From Malacoraja senta (lineage: Eukaryota), in contig JAXLNO010000073.1 in the NCBI GenBank assembly GCA_038087875.1, forward strand, positions 1 through 64,000: a stretch of 64,000 bases of DNA, in the 5' to 3' direction. This document shows, one piece after another, positions 1-13,030 of this stretch. Made by a program: the position numbers and the translations under genes. Each line of letters begins with the position of its first letter. Within the stretch, counting starts at the first letter, position 1. The notes below the pieces were generated by a model, which was not told the DNA's origin, did no database searches, and was given only the letters and a program-made list of their open reading frames with translations.

Positions 1-2120
1 GGGTAGGTGGTGTGGGTGGAGGGCAGAGGAACAACTCCAGGACTGTTTGGAGTCTGTAGACTGGGCAATGTTCAGGGAATCGGCAACGGACCTGAACGAA
101 CACGCCACAGTCGTTACAGACTTCATAAAGAAAAGTGTTGATGACTGCATCCCAACAAAAACCTTCCAAGTGTTTCCCAATCAGAGGCCTGGGATGAACT
201 TGGAGATCCGCACTCTTCTGAAGAGCAGACACCGGGCATTCATGTCTGTTGATAAAGTGGTCTACAAGAAGTCCAGATACGACCTTGGCAAGGCCATCAA
301 AATGGCCAAAAGGGACCTGCTGCAAACTGGAGAATGAGACAGAAGTTCGGCAGCTGTGGCGGGGCCTGAATGCAATCACCTCCGACAAGGCGAAATCAGG
401 AGGTAGCTCGAATGTCGGCGAAACCTCAGTCCCTGATGAGCTCAATGCGTGTTACACATGCTTTGATAGGGAGAACACTGATGTGCATTCTCGAGCCCCC
501 ATTCGCTGTGATGGTATTTCAGTCACAGTCACAGAGGCCGACGTCAGAAGATCCTTCAGAGCGGTGAACCCTCGGAAAGCGCCTGGACCTGATTGTTTAA
601 CCGGTCGTGTTCTAAAAACCTGTGCGGACCAACTGGCTGGAGTTTTTACGGACATGTTCAACCACTCACTTCTGAGGTCTGAGGTTCCCACCTGCTTTAA
701 AAGGGGATCAATTATACCGGTGCCCAAGAAGACCAAGGTGTCGTGCCTCAATGAATATCGACCAGTGGCACTAACGTCGGTGAGGAAGTGCTTTGAGAGG
801 TTGATCATGGCGCAAATCAGCTTCTACCTCGACAAAAACCTGGAACCACTGCAGTTCTCCTACCGCCACAACAGGTCAACGGTGGATGCGATTTTGCTGG
901 CTCTCCACTCCGCTCTGGACCACTTGGAAAACAAAAACTCATATGTCAGGCATATGTTATTCATTGATTACAGCGCGGCATTCAATACAATTATCTCCTC
1001 CAAGCTGGTGACCAAACTTGCAGAACTGGGTCTCTGCGCATCCCTCTGCAATTGGACCCTTGACTTCCTCATTCACAGACCACAGACTGTTCGCATTGGT
1101 GGAAATGTGTCAGCCTCGATAACAATCAGCACGGGAGCACATCGAGGCTGCGTGCTCAGCCCCCTGCTGTACTCATTCTATACTCATGACTGCGTAGCCT
1201 GTCATCGCGCGAAATCCGTCATCAAGTTCGCTGACGACACCACCGTTGTGGGACGTATCACTGATGGAGATGAGTCAGAGTATAGAAGTGAGATCGACCG
1301 TTTGACCAAATGGTGCCAGCACAATAACCTGGCCCTCAACACCAGCAAAACCAAGGAACTGTGTGTGGATTTTGGAAGGGGTAGGATGGGGACCCACAGT
1401 CCTGTTTATATCAACGGGTCGATGGTGGAAAGGGTCAAGAGCTTCAAATGCCTGGGCGTGCATATCTCTGAAGATATTTCCTGGTCCGAGAACACTGATG
1501 CAATTATAAAAAAAAGCACATCAGCGCCTCTACTTCCTGAGAAGATTACCGAGAGTCGGTATGTCACGGAGGACTCTCTCTAACATTTACATGTGCACAG
1601 TAGAGAGCATGCTGACCGGTTGCATCGTGGCTTGGTTCGGCAACTTGAGCGCCCTGGAGCGGAAAAGAGTACAAAAAGTAGTAAACGCTGCCCAGTCCAT
1701 CATCGGCTCTGACCTACCTTCCATCGAGGGGATCTATCGCAGTCGCTGCCTCAACAAGGCTGGCAGCATCCTCAAGGACCCACACCATCCTGGCCACAAA
1801 CCCATCTCCCCGCTACCTTCAGGCAGAACGTACAGGATCCTGAAGACTGCAACGACCAGGTTCAGGAATAGCTACTTCCCCACAGCCATCAGGCTATAAA
1901 ACTCGGCTCGGACAAAACTCTGAACATTAATAGATTATCTGTTTATTTACACTTTATCCGTTTATTTATTCATGTGTGTATATATTTATATAATGGCATA
2001 TGGACACACTGATCTGTTCTGTATTCACGCCTACTATATTCTGGTGTGCTGAAGCAAAGCAAGAATTTCATTGTCCTATTAGGGACACATGACAATAAAC
2101 TCTCTTGAATATGAACTTGA
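1..2120 (+). mobile_element. Rex1/Babar-type non-LTR retrotransposon, RT and 3' end (copy 1, frameshifted, runs off window)
   Basis: ORFs 47-337, 249-1583 and 1561-1899 with [43 protein letters not shown]; 3' end GACACATGACAATAAACTCTCTTGAA-TGAACTTGA. Confidence 0.9.
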
Positions 2121-2946
2121 TATTTCTGCCAGTGATAAGCAATGTCTTATCAATGCTTTTCAACCATTTATTCCATTGCATATTTTCAACTGCGCGCTTC
2201 ACTCAAATCTAAATCACAAAGTCACATAATGTGTTCACAGCCCCGACTCCTACATGTCCCGCCATTGAACAAGGACCTACAGGCAACATTCGTTTCAACG
2301 TGCCCAGCATTCCCATTAGCTCATCCAGGTGCTACCAATCATCGACGTATCTTAAACGGTCAAATCAACCAAACAATACGCACGTCTTTCGAATGTCGGA
2401 GGATCTCTGGTGTACCCATGAGGTCTCAGGGAGAGCATTCAAACTCAACACTATCAGCACTACGTGTCCGGATTGAAACAGGGGCTCCGTAGTTATTTGC
2501 CAGCAGCTCTACAAGTTCCACCAATATGAAATTTATTTTCCAATTACTTAGTGAGTTTATTCATTTCAAGTGAATAGTTGGGCTTCATGTGATTGGCACG
2601 TATCCTGAAGTGTTCCATATAAACGAGAGTTGAACAAGGTGATTGATCAAGTCCCCTGTATGTACGCGTTCGTTTATGAAGATGGAAGCAAAAGGTTGTT
2701 GAGGGAACAGCTGAGCACGGCGGGGATATGGATTTCTGGAAGATATTTGCCAAGGTAGGTGTCGTCGGCTGCTGGGAAAGTCTACATCGCATGGGATCCA
2801 AGGACAGCTAGCCTAATGGATAGAAAATTAGTTTCATGGAACGAACGAGGATGGTGTATTGTCTCCGTGGTTCCCGGGTCCAAGACGTCTCAAACCGACT
2901 TCAGATCATAGAGTCATAGAGCGATACAGTGTGGAAATAGACTCTT
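1..2946. repeat. Segmental duplication block X (Rex1 plus ~0.8 kb 3' flank), copy A
   Basis: Non-TE flank after the Rex1 tail (TATTTCTGCCAGTGATAAGCAATG...GTGGAAATAGAC) recurs at ~24820-25870 and ~31146-31975. Confidence 0.9.
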
Positions 2947-2959
2947 ATTGGTGACTCTC

Positions 2960-3800
2960 GGGTTCAAGTGCAACACGTCCTTTTTGTACACCTTCCACAA
3001 AAGAGGTCTCTATGATCCAGAAACTTGAATCTCTGCCCTCTGCACCAGTCCCTCAGCCACGCATTTATCCTCCACCTCACTCCATTCTTACTCTCACTGT
3101 CTCGTGGCACAGGCAGTAATCCTGAGATTGTTACTTTTGCGGTCCTTAACTCTCCTCCTAACTCCCTAAATTCTCCTTTCAGGACCTCTTCTCTTTTTCT
3201 AACTATGTCATTCGTACCTATATGTACCACATCTCGGGCTCCTCTCCCTCCCATTTCATGATATCTTGGACACGTTCAGACACATCCCAGACCCTGGCAC
3301 CAGGGAGGCAAACTACCATCCGGGTCTCCTGACTGCATCCACAGAATCGCCTATCTGACCCCCTAACTATAGAGTCCCCTATTACTATTCCCCTCCTCTT
3401 CTTTTCCCTACCCTTCTGAGCAACAGGGCCGGTCTCTTTGCCGGAAGCTCGGCCGCTGTCGCAAACCCCAGGTAGGCTTTCCCCCCAACAGTACTCATAC
3501 TGGAGTACTCTCTAGTCCCTGCCTCTGCTCCTTGCCCCTCCTAACCGTGACCCACTTGTCTGCCTCCCGTGGTCTTGGAGTGACCACCCCTCTGTAACTC
3601 CTCTCTATGACCTCCTCACTCTCCCTGACCAGACAGAGGTCATCGAGCTCCTGCTCCAGGTTCCCAATACGGTCCCTTAGGAGCCCCATCTCGACGCACC
3701 TGGCGCAGTTGTGGACGTCTGGAAGTCTATCAGACTCCATGACTTCCCACATCTGACATCCAGAACAGTAAACTGCCCTGGGCTTCATACTCCCCCCTTA
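2960..3800 (-). mobile_element. CR1 LINE ORF1 fragment (zinc finger/leucine zipper plus SGNH esterase)
   Basis: CSGCQMWEV...CARC...LEQELDDL (3495-3788) and VVHIGTND...ISGLLPVP...INAWL (2964-3254). Confidence 0.85.
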
Positions 3801-3949
3801 CCCTGGAATCAATACAAAGTGCTGGAAGAAATCAGCAGGGATCTGACTCCCAATAAGCTGCTTCCTCTAGTCCGCTTCCACCAATAAGCGGCTTCCTCAA
3901 GCCCACTTATTTTAAAATGTGATGATGGAACGTTACAGAGTGGGTTCCT

Positions 3950-4270
3950 CCCGCTCCAACGGCTCCTGGGCCTCTGTAAAAACAAAGCCCCGCGCTCCGT
4001 TTTTAAACTCACCGCCCGGACGCTGCTCCTCCCACTGCAACCGCTCGTGGGCCTCTGTAAAAACAATGCCCCGCGCTCCGTTTTTAAACTCACCGCACGG
4101 AAGCTCCAACTGCTCCTGGGCCTCTGTAAAAACAAAGCCCCGCGCTCCGTTTTTAAACTCACCGCCCGGACGCTGCTCCTCCCATTGCAACCGCTCCTGG
4201 GCCTCTGTGAAACAAAGCCCCGCGCTTCGTTTTTAAACTCACCGCACGGACGCTCCAACGGCTCCTGGGC
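3950..4270. repeat. Minisatellite with alternating ~81/69-bp units (150-bp higher-order repeat)
   Basis: GCCTCTGT(A/G)A anchor at 3970, 4051, 4120 and 4201; related GCCTT at ~4269. Confidence 0.9.
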
Positions 4271-4574
4271 CTTGCACCCTTCCTGAAGTTGAATTTCAAT
4301 GAATAGCCGTGAGTCAACTGCCAGCCCACCAGCCGTGAGTGAGTGAGCTGCCTGCACACTAGGCTTGAGTGACTGAGCCGCCAGCCCAAGATTACATTCG
4401 GCCACAATGTCCATACTAGCCCTCTGATAACCAGTCCCTTCTGCCCACAACACCCGTACTAGCGCTCCAGAAAGCCCCCCCCCACCACTGGCCACCAATA
4501 TTGGAATTGGTGGAGAGGTGGAATACCAGCCCTCCCGTGTGAAGCTGGGACCCAACGGTTCCCACTTAGTCTAG
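3950..4574 (+). mobile_element. Non-autonomous Helitron, 3' portion (5' end unresolved)
   Basis: Hairpin GGGACCC-AAC-GGTTCCC at 4547-4563, then CTAG at 4571-4574 followed by T; same terminus family as 57822. Confidence 0.7.
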
Positions 4575-4575
4575 T

Positions 4576-5940
4576 TGAAACCTAACATTTCCCCAAACAA
4601 TCCAAAGCATGCTTTTGCGGCAGTGCATAACTCCTTCTGCAGAATCACATACATATTAACAACTTGCAGGCCATCTGAACAGAAACCTCTCTGCAACCCC
4701 TTCCCAGGCTTCAGACTTCCTGGAGCCATCCATGTCTCACGGTGCCATGGTTCTACAGCTCTCTGCAAATGATGTCAACCAGGTTTTACAGACATCTTCC
4801 ATTTTCCCAAGTACCAAGTTCCGATATTAACAGTTTCATCCCTTTTCGTAATAACTGCTGCCTTAATAGGTACCGGAATACTTCCGCGGTAGGTATAGAG
4901 GACCATTCGTGAAATGTCCATCCCCTTGAGGTTTAGCGTCACATGAATATGATAGGAATGAGGACAATTTTTACTTTTTCTTTCTTCAGTGTCATCATTA
5001 ACCTATCACCATTCACTGCCTTAATATCCGCACTACAGAGAGTCGGGCTCTTGGCAATGGTTGTTAAAGGTGAGTAGGTTGGACACCAATTGAACCAAAG
5101 CATGATGTTTATGTCCACATATTACTGTAATATGATCTCCACACCTAGTTTGAGGCATTACAAATTGAATTTCTGTCTCTCCATTTTGATCTAAATGGAG
5201 ACAAATCCAAACACTACAAAAATTCAATATTTCAAGTTACATATTCGATTCACACTGCACCATTTAACCCGTCGTTGGTATAGCTTCATCGGTGCATTTC
5301 TACCATCATCTACAAATCTATTCAGTCCACGGTTTTGTTCTTATTTTCATCAGTTCCTCTGATTATCAAATATGGTCTCGTTGGGCCGCTCATTTCACCC
5401 TGGTGCATGCATATTGGAATCCTGCAAAGAGACAGAAACAGATCAGCCACCGATAGTGTTATGTTTCTCCTTTATGGTTTATCATACTTCAGCTGCCTAA
5501 TGTTTCTATTGAGCAGTCCGCAGCATATCCACCAAAGCACATGCTTCTCTTGCTACTTTAAAATTGTGTTGTCCCACATAGCGGGCCGAGAGGACTGCGC
5601 GTTCTAGAACGATTGTAACCATAACCTGATCTCCATCTTTTGACATTGAGGCTTCAATACATATTTTTTCCTTTACCCAATATCTGATCATCTGCTGATA
5701 AATAATCTCATACTTAAGTTCGTAGAATTGCTGGGTAAACCTTTCCCCATTCGTCACAAATTGCTACTCCCGTTATCACATCTTCCGGTAGGTTCAGAGG
5801 TCATTCTGTCTTCAAGTCAAAGAGTATTATTCCTGTCCCTGTAGCTGAAGGTGCTCTAAACATAATCATAATGTCCAATCACAATAAACTTGATGGGCAG
5901 GTAGTTAGGATCCCATTTGGACCAATGCAGGTAAAAGGCA
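4576..5940 (-). mobile_element. Possible heavily degraded Gypsy-type gag/pol relic
   Basis: Only weak gag-like peptides on the minus strand (5506-5757, LHW near 5925); no intact motifs. Confidence 0.25.
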
Positions 5941-6034
5941 GCCAGTTGGCATTGAGGGCGTTGAGAGTAGGTGAAATGGACAGATAAGGCAGGAGAACAG
6001 CAAGAAGCGAGGAAGTGCTGTTGCTTTGAATTTC

Positions 6035-6495
6035 ACATTTTAATGCAAAAGGCCTGACGGGTAAGGCGTGAACGCAGGGAGGGGGTAGGTACGTGCGACT
6101 GGGACGGTGTAGCCATTACCGGAACCTGGTTAAGAGAAGGGCAGAACTGGAGGCTTAATGTTGCAGGGTACAGTATTTTAGGAGAGACAGAAGTGGGTGT
6201 AAAAGAGGAGGTGATGTTGCGTTAGTCATGAAGGAGGATATCACGGCAATGGTCAGCGTTGACATTAGTGACGGTTAGTCCAGTGGGGCTATGTTGGTTG
6301 AACTGAAAAACAAGGGGCCCTGGAAAATAGTCAACAGGATTTAGCAGAGCCAATATGCCGGGAGATTGCAGGCAGTTTATCTTCTAAATTGCTGTCGCAG
6401 TTGGAGATATTATGTTTCCCAATATTGACTGGGCATTTAACAGTGGAAAAGGTTTATACAGGGCAGAATCTGTTAAATGTTTGCAGGACAGATTC
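6035..6495 (+). mobile_element. Degraded CR1 ORF2 endonuclease fragment
   Basis: Reads FNAKGLTGKA...VAITGTWLREGQNWRLNVAGY...RRDR...KRGG with frameshifts. Confidence 0.7.
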
Positions 6496-6498
6496 GTC

Positions 6499-6502
<4 letters not shown>

Positions 6503-6537
<35 letters not shown>

Positions 6538-6620
6538 CGAGACGAAAACACAATATATAACACACATATATGAAACACATATACAAAACAATATATATAT
6601 ATACACAATATACAATATAC
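6503..6620. repeat. (TA)n microsatellite and AT-rich low-complexity tract
   Basis: Direct inspection. Confidence 0.9.
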
Positions 6621-6623
6621 AAA

Positions 6624-7340
6624 TCCTGGAGCTCTGGTATGGGCGTTGTGGGCTGAAGGGACTGCTCTCCAGAGGGCTAATATGGACATTGTGGGCCAAA
6701 TGGGTTCTTGGAGTGGCAGCTCAGTCCCTCAAGCCTGATGTGCTGGCAGCACACTCACGGCTGGTGGGCTGGCAGTTGACTCACGGCTATTCCTTGAAAT
6801 TCCATTTCAAGCAGGGTGCAAGGCTACCAAATTCAAATCCATTTCCTACTATTTCAAGCAGGGTGCAAGGCCACCAAATTCAAGTGCAGTTTCTTTCCAC
6901 TTCAAGCAGGGTGCAAGGCCACCAAATTCAAGTGCAGTTTCATACCACTTCAAGCAGGGTGCAAGGCCACCAAATTCAGGTGCAATTTCCTACCACTTCA
7001 CGCAGGGTGCAAGGCCACCGAATTCAAGTGCAGTTTCCTACCACTTCAAGCAGGGTGCAAGGCCACCGAATTCAAGTGCAGTTTCCGACCATTATAGGTT
7101 GGGTGCAAGGCCACCGACTATAAGTGCAGTTTCATACCACTTCAAGCAGGGTGCAAGCCCACCAAATTCAAGTGTGGTTTCATATCATTTCATGTAGGGT
7201 GTAAGGCCACCACTTTCAAATGCAGTTTCATGCCATTTCATGCAGGGTGCAAAGCCACCACATTCAAATGCAATTTCATACCCAATTCAAGCAGGGTGAA
7301 ACCACCATAAAACCACCATAAAACCACACAAAATACCACA
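6624..7340 (-). mobile_element. Second Helitron-family internal fragment, inverted relative to 4270-4470
   Basis: 6624-6822 is a diverged reverse complement of 4270-4470 (CACGGCTGGTGGGCTGGCAGTTGACTCACGGCTATT). Confidence 0.65.
6806..7298. repeat. 48-bp minisatellite, ~10 copies
   Basis: TTCAAGCAGGGTGCAAGGCCACCAAATTCAAGTGCAGTTTCATACCAC; translates as a 16-aa repeat in ORF 6389-7123. Confidence 0.95.
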
Positions 7341-7349
7341 CTCGCAGTT

Positions 7350-8930
7350 CATAGAAACATAGAAACATAGAAAATAGGTGCAGGAGTAGGCCATTCGGAC
7401 CATCCAGACCGCACCGCCATTCAATATGATCATGGCTGATCATACAACTCAGTATCCTGTACTTTCCTTCTCTCCATACCCCCTGATCGCTTTAGCCACA
7501 AGGGCCACAACTAACGCTCTTAAATATAGCCAATGAACTGGCCTCAAATACTTTCCGTGGCAGAGAATTCCACAGACTCACCACTTTCTGTGTAAAAAAT
7601 GTTTTTCTCATCTCGGTCTAAAAAAGACTTCCCCCTTATCCTTAAACTGTGACCCCTTGTTCTGGACTTCCCCAACATCGGGAACTATCTTCCTGTATCT
7701 AGCCTGTCCTACCCCTTATGAATTTTGCAAGTTTCTATAAGATCCCCCCTCAATCTTCTAAATTCTAGCGAGTACAAGCCGAGTCTATCCAGTCTTACTT
7801 CATATGAAAGTCCTGCCATCCCAGGAATCAGTCTGGTGAACCTTCTCTGTACTCCCTCTATGGCAAGAATGTATTTCCTCAGATTAGGAGACCAAAACGG
7901 TACGCAATACTCCAGGTGTGGTCTCACCAAGGCCCTGTACAACTGCAGTAGAACCTCACTGCGCCTATACTCAAATCATTTTCCTATGAATGCTGACATA
8001 CCATTCGCTTTCTTCACTGCCTGCTGCACCTGCATGCCTACTTTCAATGACTGGTGTACCATGACACCCAGGTCTCGTTGCATCTCCCCTTTTCCTAATC
8101 GGCCACCATTCAGAAAATAGTCTACATTCCTGTTCTTGCCACCAAAGTGGATAACCTCACATTTATCCACGTTATACTGCATCTTCCATGCATTTGCCCA
8201 CTCACCCAACCTATCCAAGTCACCTTGCAGCCTCCTAGCAGCCTCCTCACAGCTAACACTGCCCTCCAGCTTCGTGTCATCCGCAAACCTGGAGATGTTG
8301 CATTCAATTCCCTCGTCCAAATCATTAATATATTGTAAATAGCTGGGGTCCCAGCACTGAGCCTTGCGTTACCCCACTAGTCACTGCCTGCCATTCTGAA
8401 AAGGACCCATTTACTCCTACACTTGGCTTCCTGTCTTCTAGCCAGTTCTCTATCCACATCAATACTGAACCCCAATACAGTGTGCTTTAAGTTTGCATTC
8501 TAATCTCTTATGTGGGACCTTGTTGAAAGCCTTCTTAAAGTCCAGCTATAACACATCCACTGGTTCTCCCTTATCCACTCTACTAGTTACATCCTCTAAA
8601 AATTCTGTAAGATTCGTCAGACGTGATTTACCTTTTATATATCCATGCTGACTTAGTCCAATGATTTCACCACTTTCCAAATGTGCTGCTATCCCGTCTT
8701 TAATAACTGACTGGCATTTTCCCCACTACCGATGTTAGACTAACTGGTCTGTAATTCCCCGTTTTCTCTCTCCCTCCCTTTTTAAAAAAGTGGGGTTACA
8801 TTAGCTACCCTCCAATCCTCAGGAACTACTCCAGAATCTAAAGAGTTTTGACAAAATTATCACTAATGCATCCACTATTTCTGGGGCTACTTCCTTAAGC
8901 ACTCTGGGATGCAGCCAATCTGGCCCTGGG
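7350..8930 (-). mobile_element. CR1 LINE, RT and 3' end, 5'-truncated
   Basis: [33 protein letters not shown]; (TTTCTATG)n tail at 7350-7372. Confidence 0.92.
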
Positions 8931-9549
8931 GATGTGTGCGGAAGGGGGGTTGTAGGGGAAGGGGGTGGTTGGGGAAGTGGTGGTGTGGGTGGGGAGGGGA
9001 AAGGGGGTGTGTGGGAAGGGGGGGTTGTCGCAGCAGACGCATCTCGCACTGTGCTCACGCGGCACCTTCAGCTTTGGGCCTCATGCAGCAGCTGCCGGTC
9101 CCACTCCGACGTCACTCAGAGGCTTCCGGATCAATTAAGGAGCTCCCTCTCGTCGGGCAGATCGCCGCAGAAGCAGCCCGCACGCTGCTCGCTGCTCGCT
9201 GCTCGCTGCTGGCGGCTCTCGGCCCGCTCGCTGCGCTCTTCCCGCATGCTACTCACGGACTCAGCCCCGTCTCCGGGTCTTTATTCTCCGCGGGTGCCGG
9301 AAGAGGCGTTACCAACATGGTGAATGACAGGCGAGAAGACCAATATGCTAATCTCACGATTTTTAAAACCTTGATACGTTTTCTAATATTTCACCAAATG
9401 GAACAAAACTTGGTGTACTTGGAATAGAGGAGAACAGTGAGTAACGCGGTGAAAAAATCCTAGCGATATGTGGTACAGTTTTTGCACAAATTAAAAAAAC
9501 ACGTAAACCGGAAGAGGACAAGATGAGACTTTTAGTAATAGCATATAGA
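8931..9549 (-). mobile_element. Putative Helitron 5' portion with GC-rich internal cargo
   Basis: Minus strand begins TCTATATGCTATTACTAAAAGTCTCATCTTG (TC-start, Helitron-like); G-rich and CpG-rich interior; sits between two CR1 pieces. Confidence 0.5.
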
Positions 9550-9579
9550 AATAATATAATTTGATATAGATAGAAGATA

Positions 9580-10335
9580 GAAAATGTTTCCATAAGATCC
9601 CCTGTCATCCTTCTAAATTCAAGTGAATACAAGCCTAGTCGTTCCATTCTTTCATCACATAACAGTCCCGCTATCGCGGGAATTAACCTTGTGAACTCCC
9701 TCGATAGCAAGAATATCATTCCTCAAATTAGGAGATCAAAACGGCACACAATACTCCAGGTGTGGTCTCACCATGGCCCTGTACGACTGCAGAAGGACCT
9801 CTTTGCTCCTATACTCAACTCTTAGCGTTATGTAAGCCAACAAACCATCAGCTTTATTCAATGCCTTTACTTTCAGTAACTGATGTACTAGGACACCCAG
9901 GTCTCGTTGTTCCGATAATAATCTACCTTCCTGTTTTTGCTACAAGAGTGGATAACCTCACATTTATCCACATTATATTGCATCTGCCATACATCTGCCC
10001 ACCCACCCAACATGTCCAAGTCACCCTGCATCCTCATAGCATTCTCTTCACAGTTCACATTGCCATCCAGCTTTGTGTCATCTGCAAATTTGCTAATGTT
10101 ACTTTTAATTCCCTCATCTAAATCGTTAATGTATGTGGTAAATAGCTGCGGTCAAAGCACCGAGCATTGCGGCACCCCACTAGTCATTGCCTGCCATTCT
10201 AAAAGGGACCCGTGAATCCCTACTCTTTGTTTTACTGTCTGCCAACCAATTTTCTATCCATGTCAATACTCTACCCCTAATCCCATGTGCTCTAATGTTG
10301 CCCACTAATCTCCTGTGTGGGACCTTATCAAAGGC

Positions 10336-10366
<31 letters not shown>

Positions 10367-12600
10367 TTATTTATTAGAAGTACATTACATTACAACCACA
10401 TACATTAATACTCGTCATTTGTATCTTCTTACAATTAATGTACTCCCTTTATTTATTTTTTTACACTAGAAAAGGAAAAGATTGAAAGAAAGAAGAAAGT
10501 GAAGGAAAAAGTGTAAGTGTAGAAAAGTGTAGAAAATGTAACAACAAAAAAGGACGAAGACCCTATAAGAGCGAAATTAAAAACAAAAGAAAAAGAGTTA
10601 AGAAATAGGCCCTAGGGAAAAAAAGAGAAAGAGAGAGAGAGGAAAAAAAAAAGAAAAAAAAATGTTTTTTTAAGCATTACGTAAATAGGACATACCAACT
10701 CTTCAACTATCATCCCACCTTACCTGACCTCAATTTTTTATTTTTTTTTAAGTAATTTTGCACCCTATGTTTGTAATAATTCTATAAATGCAGACCACGT
10801 CAGGTGGAAGTGATCTGGTTTACCTGCTAGGAGGAGTCTTATCTCTTCTAGGTGTAATGTTTCAAACATATTTGAAATCCACATATTTATAGTTGGTATT
10901 GGAGCCTTTTTCCAAAATTTTAGAATTAGCTTTTTTCCAGTTATTAACCCATAGTCCATTAATTTCTTTTGAAACACATTTAGTTCTGGATCATCTTCCG
11001 TTATTCCGAAGATAATCCATTCTGCTTTGGGTATCAGTCTTGTTTTAAATAACTTTGTAAAGATTTCAAAAACTTCATTCCAAAATTTTTGAATTTTTGT
11101 ACAGAAGACGAATGAGTGCGCTATAGTAGCTTCTTGGGATTGACATTTATCACAAATAGATGATACGTTTGGGAAAATTTTATGAATTTTAGTTTTCGAA
11201 TAATATAATCTATGTAAAATTTTAAATTGTATTAAAGTGTGTCTTACATTAATCGAGCATTTATGCACGTTTAATACGTATTCATTCCAACTTTCCTTTG
11301 AAATTTTAATAGCTAACTCTTGTTCCCAGTCTCTTCTGATACCCTCCGTAGGTGGTATTTGTACATTTAAAATAATATTATACAAATATGATATTAAGTT
11401 TGCTGATTCCGCTTTTATCTGCATTGCCTCGTCCAATACATCTACTGGGTTATTATAATGATCTTTTGTATATTTTTTCAAATAGTCGCATATTTGAAAA
11501 TATTTAAAATATTGATTATTTCCGAGTTTATAAAGGCTTTCTTAAAGTCCAGGTGAGCTACAGCTACTGGCTCTCCCTTGTCCATTTTCACTTATTACAT
11601 CGTCAAAAAATTCCAGAAGATTTGTCAAGTATGATTTCCCCTTCGTAAATCCATGTTGACTTGGACCGGTCCTGATCCTCCCTCATGCGTCCATTGTCCC
11701 CTTTATTCAACTGCAATACCAACACTTCCGATTTTACCTTCTCGCTCTCAAATTGCAGGTTAAAACGTATCATATTATGGTCACTACCTCCTAATAGTTC
11801 CTTGTCCTTGTGTTCGCTTATGAAATCCGGTTCACTGCATAACAATAAATTAAGAATTTCCTTCTCGCTGGTAGGCTCCAGTGCAAGCTGCTCTATGAAT
11901 CCATCTCGGAGGCACTCTACAAACACCCTTTCTTGTGGTCCAGTACCAACTTAATTTTCACATTCTACCTGCATGATAAAATCTCCCATAACCACCGTGT
12001 CATTACCTTTGTTACATGATAATTTTAACTCCTGATGCAACTTGCACCCTTCTCTCGGCTACAGTTTGGGGGCTTGCAGATACTCCGTTAGGGTATTTTT
12101 ACACTTAAAATTTCTCAGTTCTATCCACAATGACTCCACTTCTGATTCTATGTGACCCATCTGAAGGGACTGAATTTCATTGTTTGCAAAACAGCCACCC
12201 CACCCCTTCTGCCCCATTGTCTGTCTTTTCGATAGGACGTATACCCCTGAATATTCAGTTCCCAGCTCTGATCCGCTTGAAGTCATGTCTCTATAATTAA
12301 ATAGACAGTAGACAATAGACAATAGGTGCAGGAGCAGGTCCTTCAACCCTTCGAGTCAGCACCGCCATTCACTGTGATCATGGCTAATCCTCCATAATCA
12401 GTACCCCGTTTCTGCCTTCTCCCTATATCCCTTGATCCCACAACATCGCACTTAATAATTTCTAACTGAGCCTCAAGCTCATCCACTTTATTTCTTATAA
12501 TTCGCGCATTCATATATAACACCTATAATTCGGTATTCACCACCCTTCGCACACTGGGTCCTATTTCACCTGACCTTACTCTCTTATCCCTTCTTGAACG
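9580..12600 (-). mobile_element. Degraded CR1 ORF2 with internal deletions, interrupted by an L1/Tx1 insertion
   Basis: RLGLYSLEFRR (9363-9719), ECLRDGF...GGSDHNMI (11603-11926); CR1 sequence continues across 10336-11531. Confidence 0.85.
10336..11531 (-). mobile_element. L1/Tx1-clade LINE 3' fragment with poly(A) and target-site duplication
   Basis: ORF 10765-11481 (QFKILHRLYY, CDKC...H...C zf-RVT); poly(T) from 10336; AAAGGCTTT duplicated at 10330 and 11532. Confidence 0.9.
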
Positions 12601-12679
12601 TTCCGTCCCATTTATTTGGTTGTTTTTCGTAAGGTATCACTACAACCTCCAAATAAGCTCTGAACTGCATATAGAGTCA

Positions 12680-13030
12680 AAGTGTGATACGGAGTAGAAA
12701 CAGGCCCTTCAGCCCAACTTGTCCACACCGGCCAACATGTCCCACCTACAATAGTCCCACCTGCCTGCGTTTGGCCCATATCCCTCCAAACCTGTCCTAT
12801 CCATGAACCTGTCTAACTGCTTCTTAAACGTTGGGATAGTCCCAGCCTCAACTACCTCCTCCGGCAGCTCGTTCCATACACCCACCACCCTTTGTGTGAA
12901 AAAGATACCCCTCAGGTATATATTAAATCTTTTCCCCTTCACCTAGAACCTATGTCCTCTGGTCCTCGATTCCCCTACTCTGGGCAAGAGACTCTGTGCA
13001 CCTTCCCGATTTATTCCTCTCATGACTTTA
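12680..13030 (-). mobile_element. CR1 3' fragment
   Basis: FFTQRVVGVWNELPEEVVEAGT...FKKQLD (12709-12942). Confidence 0.8.

Noticed and set aside
249..1583. Active RT, or a retron/DGR-type prokaryotic system
   Set aside because: Frameshifted Rex1 LINE; all RTs in the window are eukaryotic retroelement relics
3809..4555. 248-aa ORF and overlapping ORFs
   Set aside because: Open frames through a minisatellite; no recognisable domain
6806..7298. CRISPR-like array or repeat protein (ORF 6389-7123)
   Set aside because: Head-to-tail 48-bp units with no unique spacers in a vertebrate context; the ORF is a by-product of a unit length divisible by 3
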